DNA of 64,000 nt, taken from assembly GCA_951406725.2 (NCBI GenBank), contig CATOCA020000002.1, positions 806,001 through 870,000 of the forward strand. Direction: 5' to 3'. This document shows, piece by piece, positions 38,711 through 51,438 of the stretch. A program made the position numbers and the translations under genes. Under the pieces are notes generated by a model. The model was not told the DNA's origin, searched no databases, and saw only the letters and a program-made list of their open reading frames with translations. The stretch comes from Octopus vulgaris (Eukaryota). Each line of letters begins with the position of its first letter. Positions within the stretch are counted from its first letter, which is position 1.

Positions 38711-39900
38711 GTGAGTGAGGCTGGGGGAGAAAGAGCGACAGAGAGACACCGAATACGGAGAGGGAAAGAGAGTGAGTAGAAGCTGTCAAAAGCCGTTATA
38801 GAGATAAACAGGAGGGAAGGGGGAAAGAGAGATGGAAGAAGAAAGGGTAATAACTGCAAGGGGGAAACAACAAACACTTGTCAAAGTCCTTTTAAAGACA
38901 ATGAATTTTCACTCTTTTTGCCACGTACAGAAAGAGAGAGAGAATGGATGTTTAAAAAGAGTGACAGCGCCGGCGAAGGCAGCGGGGGAAAGATAGTGGA
39001 AGCTTCAAACGTCGTTATAGAGAGGAAGTGAAGAGAAGGGAGGAAAGAGAGAGAGAGAGACGGAGGAAGACAGGCAGATAAGAGAAAGAGAGAAACAACA
39101 AAAACTTGTCAAAGTGTGGGGTTTTATGCCCTAGTAACCACAGCTTTTGAGATAGAGCCTAGCCCAGTCACATCCTCGCCTCTTTTTACATGTCGCTGTA
39201 AATTTTGGAGCGAATCCGACCGGATCTAGTGACATTGAATCCTTACCAAAGCCAAAGTGTGCAAGTTTTTTTTCCTCTTTTATATAGGTAAACTAGCATT
39301 TTACGTTGTCAAGTCACTGTATAGTCGAAAGGTAAGAGTTACTTCCCTTCCAGGATCAAGTTAATTTCGGAAACTTTTCCTATTATGCACCGTTTGGGGG
39401 TATTTATACCCTGCAAACCCTTAATATCTTCACAACAACTACTTATCGCGAATTCTAACCATCGTGGGTCACATCCTCACCACGCATTTAGTATCCCTGC
39501 CAATTTTCAGCTCGATCCTAGCACGTCTAGTGCCATTGAATCCTAACCAAAGCCAAAGTGTGCAAGTTTTTTTCCCTCTTTTATATAGGTAGACTAGCAG
39601 TATCGCCCGGCGTTGCTCGGGTTTGTTTCGACCCTTTAGAACTGGAACTTTTGAAAATTAAATATTTTGCATTGTAAATTTGAATGAAATTGGTTGTGTA
39701 GTTCTCAAGTTTTAGGGATTCACACAGACAGACAGGCAGACAGATATAGCAGAAAACACATGCCAAATTATCACACAGTGGGACTGAACTGAGGACCATG
39801 TATTTTGGGACCAAGTTAGTTACCACACACCCACACTTGCACTTATGTATGTGTGTGTGGGGGGTGTATGCGTGCATGGGTGTATATATGTATGCACGTA
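38710..39900. mobile_element. Cluster of non-autonomous Helitron/Helentron-like repeats
   Basis: Recurrent AATTTTCAGCTCGATCCTAGCACGTCTAGTGCCATTGAATCC..TTTTATATAGGTAGA; minus-strand hairpin CCCGAGCAACGCCGGG + CTAG at ~39593; near-identical block at 58400-59150. Confidence 0.65.
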
Positions 39901-40072
39901 TATATGTGTACATATTACATGTACATCTATATATATATACATCTACATAGACATGTATACATATACATCTATATCTATAGAAATACAGCTATACATATAC
40001 ATGTATACATATAGAGCTATACATATACATATATACATCTATATCTATACATGTATATATATATACATGTGT

Positions 40073-40117
<45 letters not shown>

Positions 40118-40333
40118 TCAATTTAGGGTAGCAAAAAAATTCAATAGAAATTTATCGCTACCAACGGCCTAGTGGAAAAGAGAAAATAGTCAACGACTAA
40201 GTATATAAATATAACAATTTAGGAATGACCCTAACAGGTCATTCGTCCACCAGAAAGAGCAGCCATAACTCACACCGCCAAGTAGTAGTAATTCAAAAAT
40301 TAGGTGAAAATTCAAAAACATTTACCCTAATTC

Positions 40334-40437
40334 ATCTTTTAGACGTTGCAACGTTTCTGTGTCATTAATGATTAAATTAGCTTAATTAAATTAAATTAAG
40401 CTAATCTACCATAGGTTACACTTCATCAGTAAAAAAC
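40334..40437 (-). ncRNA. Type I hammerhead ribozyme (further copies 40808-40911 and 41281-41384)
   Basis: Minus: GUUUUUUA-CUGAUGA-AGUGU..long stem II..ACACA-GAAA-CGUUGCAACG-UC/UAAAAGAU; palindromic stem III. Confidence 0.8.
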
Positions 40438-41848
40438 CTGGGAGAGACAAATATACACGAGGCGTCTGTATCGATGCCTAGGGAATATCTGTCTTAAAAT
40501 TTTCAAGACTGACGTATTCGCGCCAAACTTATCAGCAGTAAATATAAACTGCCGATTCAATCTCAGAATTATTCAGAAAATTATCAATTAGTCAATTTAG
40601 GGTAGCAAAAAAATTCAATAGAAATTTATCGCTACCAACGGCCTAGTGGAAAAGAGAAAATAGTCAACGACTAAGTATATAAATATAACAATTTAGGAAT
40701 GACCCTAACAGGTCATTCGTCCACCAGAAAGAGCAGCCATAACTCACACCGCCAAGTAGTAGTAATTCAAAAATTAGGTGAAAATTCAAAAACATTTACC
40801 CTAATTCATCTTTTAGACGTTGCAACGTTTCTGTGTCATTAATGATTAAATTAGCTTAATTAAATTAAATTAAGCTAATCTACCATAGGTTACACTTCAT
40901 CAGTAAAAAACCTGGGAGAGACAAATATACACGAGGCGTCTGTATCGATGCCTAGGGAATATCTGTCTTAAAATTTTCAAGACTGACGTATTCGCGCCAA
41001 ACTTATCAGCAGTAAATATAAACTGCTGATTCAATCTCAGAATTATTCAGAAAATTTTCAATTAGTCAATTTAGGGTAGCAAAAAATTCAATAGAAATTT
41101 ATCGCTACCAACGGCCTAGTGGAAAAGAGAAAATAGTCAACGACTAAGTATATAAATATAACAATTTAGGAATGACCCTAACAGGTCATTCGTCCACCAG
41201 AAAGAGCAGCCATAACTCACACCGCCAAGTAGTAGTAATTCAAAAATTAGGTGAAAATTCAAAAACATTTACCCTAATTCATCTTTTAGACGTTGCAACG
41301 TTTCTGTGTCATTAATGATTAAATTAGCTTAATTAAATTAAATTAAGCTAATCTACCATAGGTTACACTTCATCAGTAAAAAACCTGGGAGAGACAAATA
41401 TACAGATTAGCTTAATTTAATTTAATTAAGCTAATTTAATCATTAATGACACAGAAACGTTGCAACGTCTAAAAGATGAATTAGGGTAAATGTTTTTGAA
41501 TTTTCACCTAATTTTTGAATTACTACTACTTGGCGGTGTGAGTTATGGCTGCTCTTTTCTGGTGGACGAATGACCTGTTAGGGTCATTCCTAAATTGTTA
41601 TATTTATATACTTAGTCGTTGACTATTTTCTCTTTTCCACTAGGCCGTTGGTAGCGATAAATTTCTATTGAATTTTTTTGCTACCCTAAATTGACTAATT
41701 GATAATTTTCTGAATAATTCTGAGATTGAATCGGCAGTTTATATTTACTGCTGATAAGTTTGGCGCGAATACGTCAGTCTTGAAAATTTTAAGACAGATA
41801 TTCCCTAGGCATCGATACAGACGCCTCGTGTATATTTGTCTCTCCCAG

Positions 41849-41952
41849 GTTTTTTACTGATGAAGTGTAACCTATGGTAGATTAGCTTAATTTAATTTAA
41901 TTAAGCTAATTTAATCATTAATGACACAGAAACGTTGCAACGTCTAAAAGAT
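41849..41952 (+). ncRNA. Type I hammerhead ribozyme in the inverted copy
   Basis: CTGATGA at 41857-41863; GAAACGTTGCAACGTC at 41929-41944. Confidence 0.8.
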
Positions 41953-42067
41953 GAATTAGGGTAAATGTTTTTGAATTTTCACCTAATTTTTGAATTACTA
42001 CTACTTGGCGGTGTGAGTTATGGCTGCTCTTTCTGGTGGACGAATGACCTGTTAGGGTCATTCCTAA

Positions 42068-42149
<82 letters not shown>

Positions 42150-45100
42150 TCTATAAATATTCATCTATATGTATACATCTCCCTATATATATAGCTAGTG
42201 TTAATTGAAGGCTACAAAACCTGCCACACACAGACAACTTCAGCTTTATATATCTAGACTAGCTGAAGGTGACCCGCTCTACGCGCGGGTAAGAGTGTGG
42301 TTGTTACTTTCTGTTGCTTCCTTTCAGCACGTAAAAAGCACCATCCGAACGTGGCGGATTGCAGCGCCGCCTTGACTGGCTTCTGTGCTGGTGGCACGTG
42401 AAAAGCACCAACCGATCGTGGCCGTTGTCAGCCCCCCTGGCACCTGTGCCGGCGGTACGAAAAAAGCACCCACTACGCTCACAGAGTGGTTGGCGTTAGG
42501 AAGGGCATCCACCAGTAGAAACACTGCCAGATCAGACTGGAGCCTGGTGCAGCCTCCTGGCTTCCCAGACCCCGGTCAAACTGTCCAACCCGTGCTAGCA
42601 CGGAAAACGGAGGTTAAACGATGATGATGATGATGATTCTCCCTCTTTGTTTCTCTCTCACTTTCCCACTCTCTTACTCTTCCTTTCTCTCGGACTCTCC
42701 CTCGCTTTCTCTTACTCTCTATCTTTATCTATCTCTCTCCCATTTATAAACAACAAAAGATCTTGAGTTAGTTGAGAAATAAAATATTTAGAAAGATCAA
42801 TCATAAATATCAGGCAGTAACAACGGAAAGGTCTGCTTCAAGGCAGACAGCAAAACACTAACATTTAAAAGGGACAGACGAACTTGCAAGCTGAATAAAA
42901 ATAATGAAATATTGGAAACCAAAGTTCGAAGGGATAGAATCTGAGGGTAGTAGAGTCAGCATGGCTGGCATTTCTTAACGACGGACAGCAACGTTTTGAC
43001 AGTTTAACGGCTGGCGTAAAATCATGGACGGCAACACATTGACGATTAAAAGGCTGGCGCAAATTTTTTAGCTTGATGTAACAGAGAATTGCTAAACACC
43101 CGCTCCTTTAAATTTTAATCCCCTTCCAGCCCCATTTAGACCCCTTTTCACATTTTGGTTAATATAACGCGATTTCATTCGGGTGTACTGGGGCCACATT
43201 TTATAAGATGAGGAATTTTGTCCTAGAGGTCACGCCTTTCATTTGAGGAAAAAAAATAGTTGTCATGCAAACTTGCCAGCACTTTTAACATAGGTCTGCA
43301 TCTATGTATGTGTGTGTGTGTATGTATGTGTATGTATGTGTGTGTATGTATGTGTGTGTGTATGTATATATTTCCATTGAGTCAACCTCATTATTTTCTC
43401 CATAGCAGACCGTTGCATAAACAGGCAAAGGTACATACATACACACTCACACATACACACACACATACATGCACATACATACACACACATACATAGATAC
43501 ATACACACACACACATACATGCATACATACATATACACATACATGCATATACACGCACGCACTACAAAAACCGAGTAAAAAATTTCAGTTATCTATCTCT
43601 TTCACACAGACAGATACATAAAAGAAGGCCGTTTGTATTAAATAGAGTGAGTATTGTGTGTTGGTGGTGGTGGCGATGATAATTATCATTAGGAAAAAGA
43701 GTGAGTGAGTGAGGAAGACATATACATAATTTGTAGCGATGATAATTCTCCCTATGAATGCAGACAGATACATCAAAGAAAGCCGTCTGACGAACTTATA
43801 AAGGGAAAGTGAAAGGGAGTTGAGGGGAATACATTAAATAACAGGAGTGGCATTCTCAAAGTTATAAATGAAGGGGAGTAAGAGAGGGAAAGAAGGAAAT
43901 AGCGTGAGTGAGGAAGATGGCCCCTAGCAACCACACCTTTCAAGCTAGGGATTTCTAAGGTAGCTCACGAGCATCGTCACCTCATTCTACATGTCCCTGT
44001 AAATTTTGGAGCGAATCGGACGGGACGTAGTGGCATTGAAAGCGATCCAAGCGGTAAAAACGCATTTCAGTTTTATATATAGAGATTAAGAGCACTTCCC
44101 GTTCGATTTTTGAGGCGATTCGGTCTGCAAAATATTCTCTCATTTTGAGCTATTTTTTGACACCATTTTGAACTGACAACTTCTTAAAAAGGCACACTCA
44201 AAACTGCTAGAATTTGCATTTTTCAAGCTAGAGAATTCAAACTTGCTCCAATCGATTCAGGAAATTTTCCTATGTATATGCTCATATTTTGTTTTTCGAA
44301 AAACTCAAAAATTGAACGTGTTTTCGCCCCATTTTTCCGTTGCATTAGCGCAAACACGCGCACAGTCACGTGTAGAACCCAACATGTTGAGTGAACACAA
44401 CTCAAGGCAATAATGTATGACATCCACTCACTCGGAGAAAATGCATTTCGGGCCTTTGTTATCGAGATAGAGACTTGAAACCTACTCTGGCCGTAGCTAC
44501 ACCACGCCTTCTATAGGTGTGTAAATTTTCAGCTCGATCCTAGCACGTCTGGTGCCATTGAATCCTTTTGAATTTTGAAAAGTAAAAATTTTGCATTTAT
44601 CTGGTTGAAATACACCGAAAAATAGCGACACAGTAAAAAAATCGTAAAAAATGGGGATTTTCATAGAAAAAAAGCACCCTTTTGCAAGGGCCCGGACACA
44701 GGGGGTGCAGCGGGTGCACCTGCACCCCCTAGAATTCTCAGGGGGTGCAAGATCAAAATTTGCACCCCCTACATAACCTTACCAGTTTCAGAAAAAAGTG
44801 TCTAAAATTTATCGGTATAAAATGCTTAAGTCTCAAAACAAAGAAAAAAAATTAATAATAAATAAAATTGATGAAGCTGGCATAAAATTCCCTAGGGAGT
44901 TTGTGACCACTAACTTCTGAAGGAAAGTAGTGTCAAAATACAAAAAAAGTGACATTAACTGTAGCATCAACAATAACAACAAAACCAGCATGTATGGTTA
45001 ATTTTGAACATATAGCATTACTTGAATTATTGAAGACAGCTCCCACCCAGTTAAAATGTGTAACTCTCTCTTTCTGTCTATCAAATACTTCTCTCCATCT

Positions 45101-46169
45101 TTCAGTATCACTCCAAAGTTCTTTGTAATTGGTGTTGCTAATTGGTGTTGAATGGATTCGACTGTTTGACCCCAGTCTAAAAATAAAACCCTTTCAAAAT
45201 TCTTTCAGTCGAAACGATTTTCTCATATAGGTTGTTACGTCCAAAATGTGCAGGAAAAAATTGTTTGAAAGTAAAAACTTTGAAAGGAAACATTTAACTA
45301 TAAATAATTGCAAACCGAAATTACGAAATAAATTTGTAAAGCCACACATCCGCTTCTATTCTTATTCAGTGGTACCCCACACAGCTTTCAATATTTGGTG
45401 GACATTGTCTCCGTTTTCCAACCTTTCTTATCCTCTTCTTTGTAAAACATTCCCTATCTATTTCTATCGTTTTTTCTCTCTTTACTACATTTCATTTCTT
45501 CCTGTCTCTATTACTGTTAACCACCTCCTATCTATCTTTATTGCCTTCTTTCTCTACACATCCTCTTTTTGTCTACCTGCGCTCCCAGGTCAATGGGTCG
45601 TCCCCCCGCCGTCCACCTTTTTGGTGCAAAACGACTATTCAGTATCGCATACCATTATCTGATTGACCACTGCCTGGTAAGTGCCTTTTTTTTCAACTTC
45701 AGCCCAGCATTCACTTCAGCCTTGATTCCCGTTTTCATTTTTCATTCAACCTTTACTTTCCTTTTGTCTTTATTCCTCTCTATCTGCTCTTTTTATCCTT
45801 CTCTTGAGTTCCTTAGGAAATAGTTTCCTTTCAGCGTTACTACTAACAAATCGTATCTTAAAGACATAGTTTAGGCAGAATGCCTTATATGTTGACGACT
45901 TTCATTTTTTATCTTGCCTTAATTCTGTCGTATTATCAATCAAAAGTCTTCCTGCGTATATATAAAATAGTATCTGCATCATATTTGTTTCCGATACTGT
46001 CCTGCTTTTTCGTTTTATATAGAAAACACTGATTTAATTAGTTTGATAAGTGCCTCTGCACGAAACTCTCAAACCTTCAGTCACTATGTAACTTTCACCG
46101 ATCAATAAATCTATACTTATTTGAGTCTGACTCAGCATGAGTTCTATTTTTCCTGTTTGAACCACTATG

Positions 46170-46210
46170 CCTCTGATGAGAACCCAATAAGGTTCGAAAA
46201 TCGATTAAGG
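46170..46210 (+). ncRNA. Minimal type I hammerhead ribozyme (Penelope-type)
   Basis: CCU-CUGAUGA-GAACC(CAAUAA)GGUUC-GAAA-AUCGAU-UA/AGG; intact core, palindromic stem III AAUCGAUU, short stem I. Confidence 0.75.
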
Positions 46211-46443
46211 TTGTTCATCTTTTTTTCAATCTACGGAGAAATGGCTAAATTTGCCATTGGGCAGAATCCCAGCCGATAATCGGCTCGGGATTCTCCCCAA
46301 TGACTTTACTAAGGTCACTCGGGGCCCCAATTCGCCGTGAAACCATTTGGTAGTTGGTATCGTTACGATGTCTATTTATATTTACCCACTTCTCTACCTG
46401 TAGAGTAAGCTCTCCTCCAATTATATGGTTTTACCGTATATTA

Positions 46444-46493
<50 letters not shown>

Positions 46494-46809
46494 CTTATGA
46501 TGAAAGGCAGATTTTCTCTGCCTGTTCCCATGTTTCTTTTTAATACAATTCTACAATATAGAATTTCTTCAATTGGAATTTACCTATGATTTTTCCAAGT
46601 AGATTCGATTGGGTCATGGCATGTAAAGTTTTTTCACTTTGCCCCCCAATTAAGCAAAAATTCGAGAAAACTCAATATTTTACGATTTGCTTCTCTCATT
46701 TCAATACTAGTCATCCTTTTTGCTAGAGGAAGATCCGCTATGGTCTTATATGCTACACCACTGGTTTTCAATTCATATTAATCAAATTGATATTCAATTT
46801 TTCACCCTT

Positions 46810-46846
<37 letters not shown>

Positions 46847-47574
46847 TAGCAATTCGTATAAAATTGCATCAATGACTTGAACTTGAATAAGTGGTTTCAC
46901 ATAAATGGGGATAAATTAAAAAGGTTTGTTATTATTATTACTGTTTGACTATTGTAATCACGTTTGTTGGTTCCTCGTCAGGGAAACGTTGTTGTGTTGC
47001 ATTTGTTAAATAATTGTAAACCGTAACCCCCCCTTCCTTTCGGAGAAGGGGCTTTGGTTATTGTTTAAAAATTGAATTGTGTCCCTCTTTGGGGAAATTG
47101 ACAATATTTTCACCGTCTTTACGGAAGCATTTTTGTTAAAATGCCTTCGATAGAAGAAAGTCCAAAAATGAATTTCGCTGCAGCCGTACACTTCTATACA
47201 AGAGGGAGGACAAAATCCAATTGATCGAAATTGCAAGAGACGGGCCTATAATTCCAGTCTGTTATATATTTTGAGTATTGTTATCACTAGCGATATCAAG
47301 ATATAACTTTGTATTTTGTATTTTATGTGTAGATGTATATATATAGATGTAGATGTAATATGTACACATATATATATACACATATATACATGCATAATAT
47401 ATCTACCCATACACACATACGCACACACACACACACACACACACACATACATAGGGGTAGGTGTGGCTGTGTGGTAACAAACTACGTTCCAAACACATGG
47501 TCCTGGGTTCAGTCCCACTGTGTGGTGACTTGGCATGTGTCTTCTGCTGTAGCTTCAGACCAACAAAAGCCTGT

Positions 47575-49085
47575 TCCATTGTTAAAACGCCTTCTGATCT
47601 CAGAGATGCAGTGTTCCTAGATCTACAAGCTAATTATCAGAATATGGATTGGATTGGCCAAAGGGCTATTCTGGCCCCGAAGAATAAAACTGTTCACCAT
47701 ATTAATGATGAAATGCTAAAACTCATTCCTGGGAATGTCTATGTATATAAGTCTATCGATACAACTCCTGACCCAGAGGACGTCATCAACTATCCAATAG
47801 AGGTACTCAATTCCTTTGAGCCCCACGGACTACCACCACACATTCTCAAACTTAAAGTCGGTGCCCCTATAATGCTCATTAGAAATTTGGTTCCCCCAAA
47901 ACAATGCAATGGCACACGTTTGATCGTTAAGTCCTTATCTCCCAATCTGATTGAGGCCACCATTATCACAGGGTGCGGTCGAGGCAACATTGGATGCATC
48001 TTTTCCCATCAGGAGCAGACCTACCTTTCATATTTCGGAGGTCTCAGTTCCCAGTAAGGCCATGTTTCGCAATGTCAATTAACAAAGCGCAGGGTCAAAC
48101 ACTGTCTGTGGCGGGAATACATTTGGGAGAGCCATGTTTCTCTCATGGTCAGCTTTATGTTGCCTGCTCGCGTGTCGGCAGCAACAGTGATGCTTTTGCA
48201 TTCGTTCCACAACAAAAAACATTGTGTACAAGGAGGTTTTATAGGATTACTACGTTTCATCATTTTCGAACACGTTAGTATTTCACTTACATACGACTCT
48301 CTTTTATGATGGCATTTACATTTTTAAGCGTTTCATGACATTAATTCACACTTAACCAACACCTGTCCTTCGCTCACCTCTATTTCTATCCATTCATCAT
48401 CAAACCACCAGCCTCATCTTTTATATCCAACGTACATGACACATCTACCCCCTACATCTACACTCTCACTGTTAAAGTTTACATAAGCGACAACACGATC
48501 GCAACATACACTTTAGAAACTAAGCAACAGAACATTTTATACAACAACAAATTTAATCATAACGCCCATCAATGAAAACATCTCCACCGCTGTGTTGTGA
48601 TTCATCTATTCAGCACCACTACAGTCTTGCCGGTCTGACATATGGTGAGTAGATGCTATTGTTCTATATTTTATAAATTACCCATATTTACTTACCCATG
48701 CTTCATTCTCCTCTTGCCTACATAGGGCATTCATTCTTTTTTAACACAGCATGAAGTTTTGTAACAGCACATCCGCTGCCGTTCGTGGAAAACGAAGAGA
48801 CCCTATTCACCTGCGAACGTTTTACACCGCCTTCCACGACTATCAAATTCTTATAATTATGAGAACAATAACATAGCTCTTTTCAAGGCAACCTCGCATT
48901 CAATTCTTACACCATTCTACGAGAGGGTAGGAACCCGTTTACACGGCTTTCTATACACTTACAAATACATTCATTCGCCGTAAACTTATATCAATATTTG
49001 CCTGAATAATCATCATAATTCAGTGCAATCATTAACAGTACTTTCAAGCAATTCAGCCCCGAGCATCGCCGGGCAATTCTGCTAG
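47575..49085 (+). mobile_element. Helitron 3' part: PIF1-like helicase remnant and canonical 3' end
   Basis: RAILAPKN, GLPPHILKLKVGAPIMLIRNL..CNGTRL, QFPVRPCFAMSINKAQGQTL, FSHGQLYVACSRV; terminal CCCGAGCATCGCCGGG hairpin + CTAG at 49082-49085. Confidence 0.92.
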
Positions 49086-49510
49086 TATATATATATATAT
49101 ATATACATATCAGAGAGCGAGCAAGAGAAAGTGATACAAGCACGCATATATATATATATACATTAATATATATATATATTATACATTATAAATATTATAT
49201 ATATTCATCATCATTTAACGTCCGCTTTCCATACTGGCATAGGTTGTACGGTTTGACAGGGCCAAAAGCCAAGGGCTACCAGCTTCCATCTAGTTTGGCA
49301 AGGTTTTCGTGGCTGGGTGCCCTTCCTAACGCCAACAACTTTACAGTGTATATATATATATGTGTGTATATCATAGATTTCTGAATCTGCCCACTTGGGA
49401 CTGACATTGATAAAAATAGAATTCAAATCGCAAGGCGGATCATTAGAAAGAGGCAACACAAGGAGGAAAGCGAAAGCCACTGATGAGGTAACAGAAGTGT
49501 GACGAAAGAA

Positions 49511-49588
<78 letters not shown>

Positions 49589-50399
49589 GTACATATGCAA
49601 GCACACACACACACACACACGCATATACATACGAACGTATGTATTTGTGTGTCTGTATGTCACCCCACCATTGCTTGATAACTAAAGTTGATGCGATTAT
49701 TCCCCTGTAACTTGGCGATTCGAAAAAAGAGGCGACAGAATAAATACAAAGCTTACAAAAAATAATTCCTGGCATTGATTTGTTCAAATAAAAGACGGTG
49801 CTCTAGTATGGCCTATCGTCTTTTGAAACATATTGGATGGGAGGTCATGTTGCTGGTTTTGCCAATAAAAACACAAGCACTATTTATTTGATGTTCACTA
49901 TTTGTTTTTCAGGTTTTTGTTCGACCAGAGTTCTTTCGCTACAATTCAGTGGCCTTAAACGTGGTCCTTTACTTTCTTCTTTTTTCTTTCTTGTATCTGC
50001 CCTATTTAATCATCTGTCATGTTGTAATCCACAGAAATCCAAAATCTTTCTCTATCTCACTCTTTATGCCTGTGTATGTATATACATATAATATGTGTTC
50101 ATACTCAGCGGTCAACATTTGGTCGATATTGTCTTAATTTTCTATCCTGCTCCTCTCGGCTTCTTTCCCCTCTTGTTTGCAAAACATTCCCTATCTATTT
50201 CTATATGTCTTTCTCTTCACATATCTGCTTCTTTTCTCTCTTTACTCATCTTCATTTCTTCCTCTTATTATCACTGTCAACTACATCGTGTCTACCTTTA
50301 TTTCCTTGTCTCCACACTCCCTGAAGACATTTCGAGAATATCTGACATTGCTTGAGGCAAATCCAGTTTCCTTAAACGTGTTGGGTTCATCATTTTGAG

Positions 50400-50915
50400 T
50401 TAGAGAATAAGAGATAATCTAACCGTGGCGACACTCCTCTAAAGAAGGTCATCAAGGTCGTTTAATCTGCAGGGAAGGTGATGGCCTCAGTATTTTGGAT
50501 TGCAAAAAGCATCGTGTTTATTAACTACTCTCAAAAGGCTCTCACCATCAATGGAGAGTGCTGTAACTGTGCCACCTTTCTAAGGCAGTTGCGAAAGGCT
50601 ATCAAGGCCAACCGCAAGGAAAACTGTGGAGTATGTTTTTCTTTCATCGAAACAAATACTCCAGTGCACAAGTAATTGGTTTCGATGGCTGCTGTTTGTG
50701 ATTGGCTTTGAACTGCTAAACCACCCTCCCTACTTTAGTGATTTGACCTCATCTTATTATCTATATCCCCTACATATATATAAAAAAAATACTCGGTTAG
50801 GAACCAATATCATAGTGATGATGTCTTATCAGCTGTTGAAAACTTGTTTAACTAAGAGGATAGCTTCTTTTCCCAAGGCAATCGATGCTATGAATCCCTG
50901 AAAGAAGTATGTAGA
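50400..50915 (+). mobile_element. Mariner transposase fragment
   Basis: SAGKVMASVFW..INY..G.TING and GFELLNHPPYFSDLTSSYY motifs. Confidence 0.8.
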
Positions 50916-51438
50916 TGATCTTTTCTGTTTGATTTTCACTTTTCAATTGCCTCAATTTTGTTCCAATTTCAAAAATGTGAATTGTTCACATGAACTAAAC
51001 CAACAGTATGTTTATCCAACATTTCACACAAATTTATTAAAACTTCCATCGTTGAATGTTTTAACATTGTAATGTTGTCACCTTGTACAAAATGCCAGCT
51101 TCCACATCCTGTTCTCTGATTGAGGGAAAAATGATCAAACTTTAAACCTCTGTCACAGTTTTCTAAAGTTTTTCTGGAATAAGTGAATAGCATCAGATTC
51201 AACGCGAAAAATTACACCAATGCATCAAATTTGAAAATTTTCGCTTAATTTTAAAATTTCTGAAGGTGAAATCAAACAGAAAAGATTCTAATATTTAAAG
51301 ATGAACTTCATTTGGTCACATTCCATTTGGTCAGCCTGTTAATTTTCCAGTCGATTCCTCATAATAATAAAAGTTATTATTATTGAACATTTGTTTGTTT
51401 TGATACCGAAATTAGAAAACTTCATCTTGTTTGTAAAA

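Larger units (their letters stand above)
40113..42071. repeat. Tandem array of 474-bp units (2.7 direct + ~1.4 inverted copies) between (TA)n tracts; hammerhead-containing, homologous to the 4.4-kb array
   Basis: ATTAGTCAATTTAGGGTAGC at 40113, 40587 and 41061; inversion junction at ~41404. Confidence 0.95.

Noticed and set aside
49470-49520. CTGATGAGGTAAC..GTGACGAAAGAACTC hammerhead-like string
   Set aside because: Stem II is imperfect and there is no stem I partner (runs into (CT)n); at best a truncated relic
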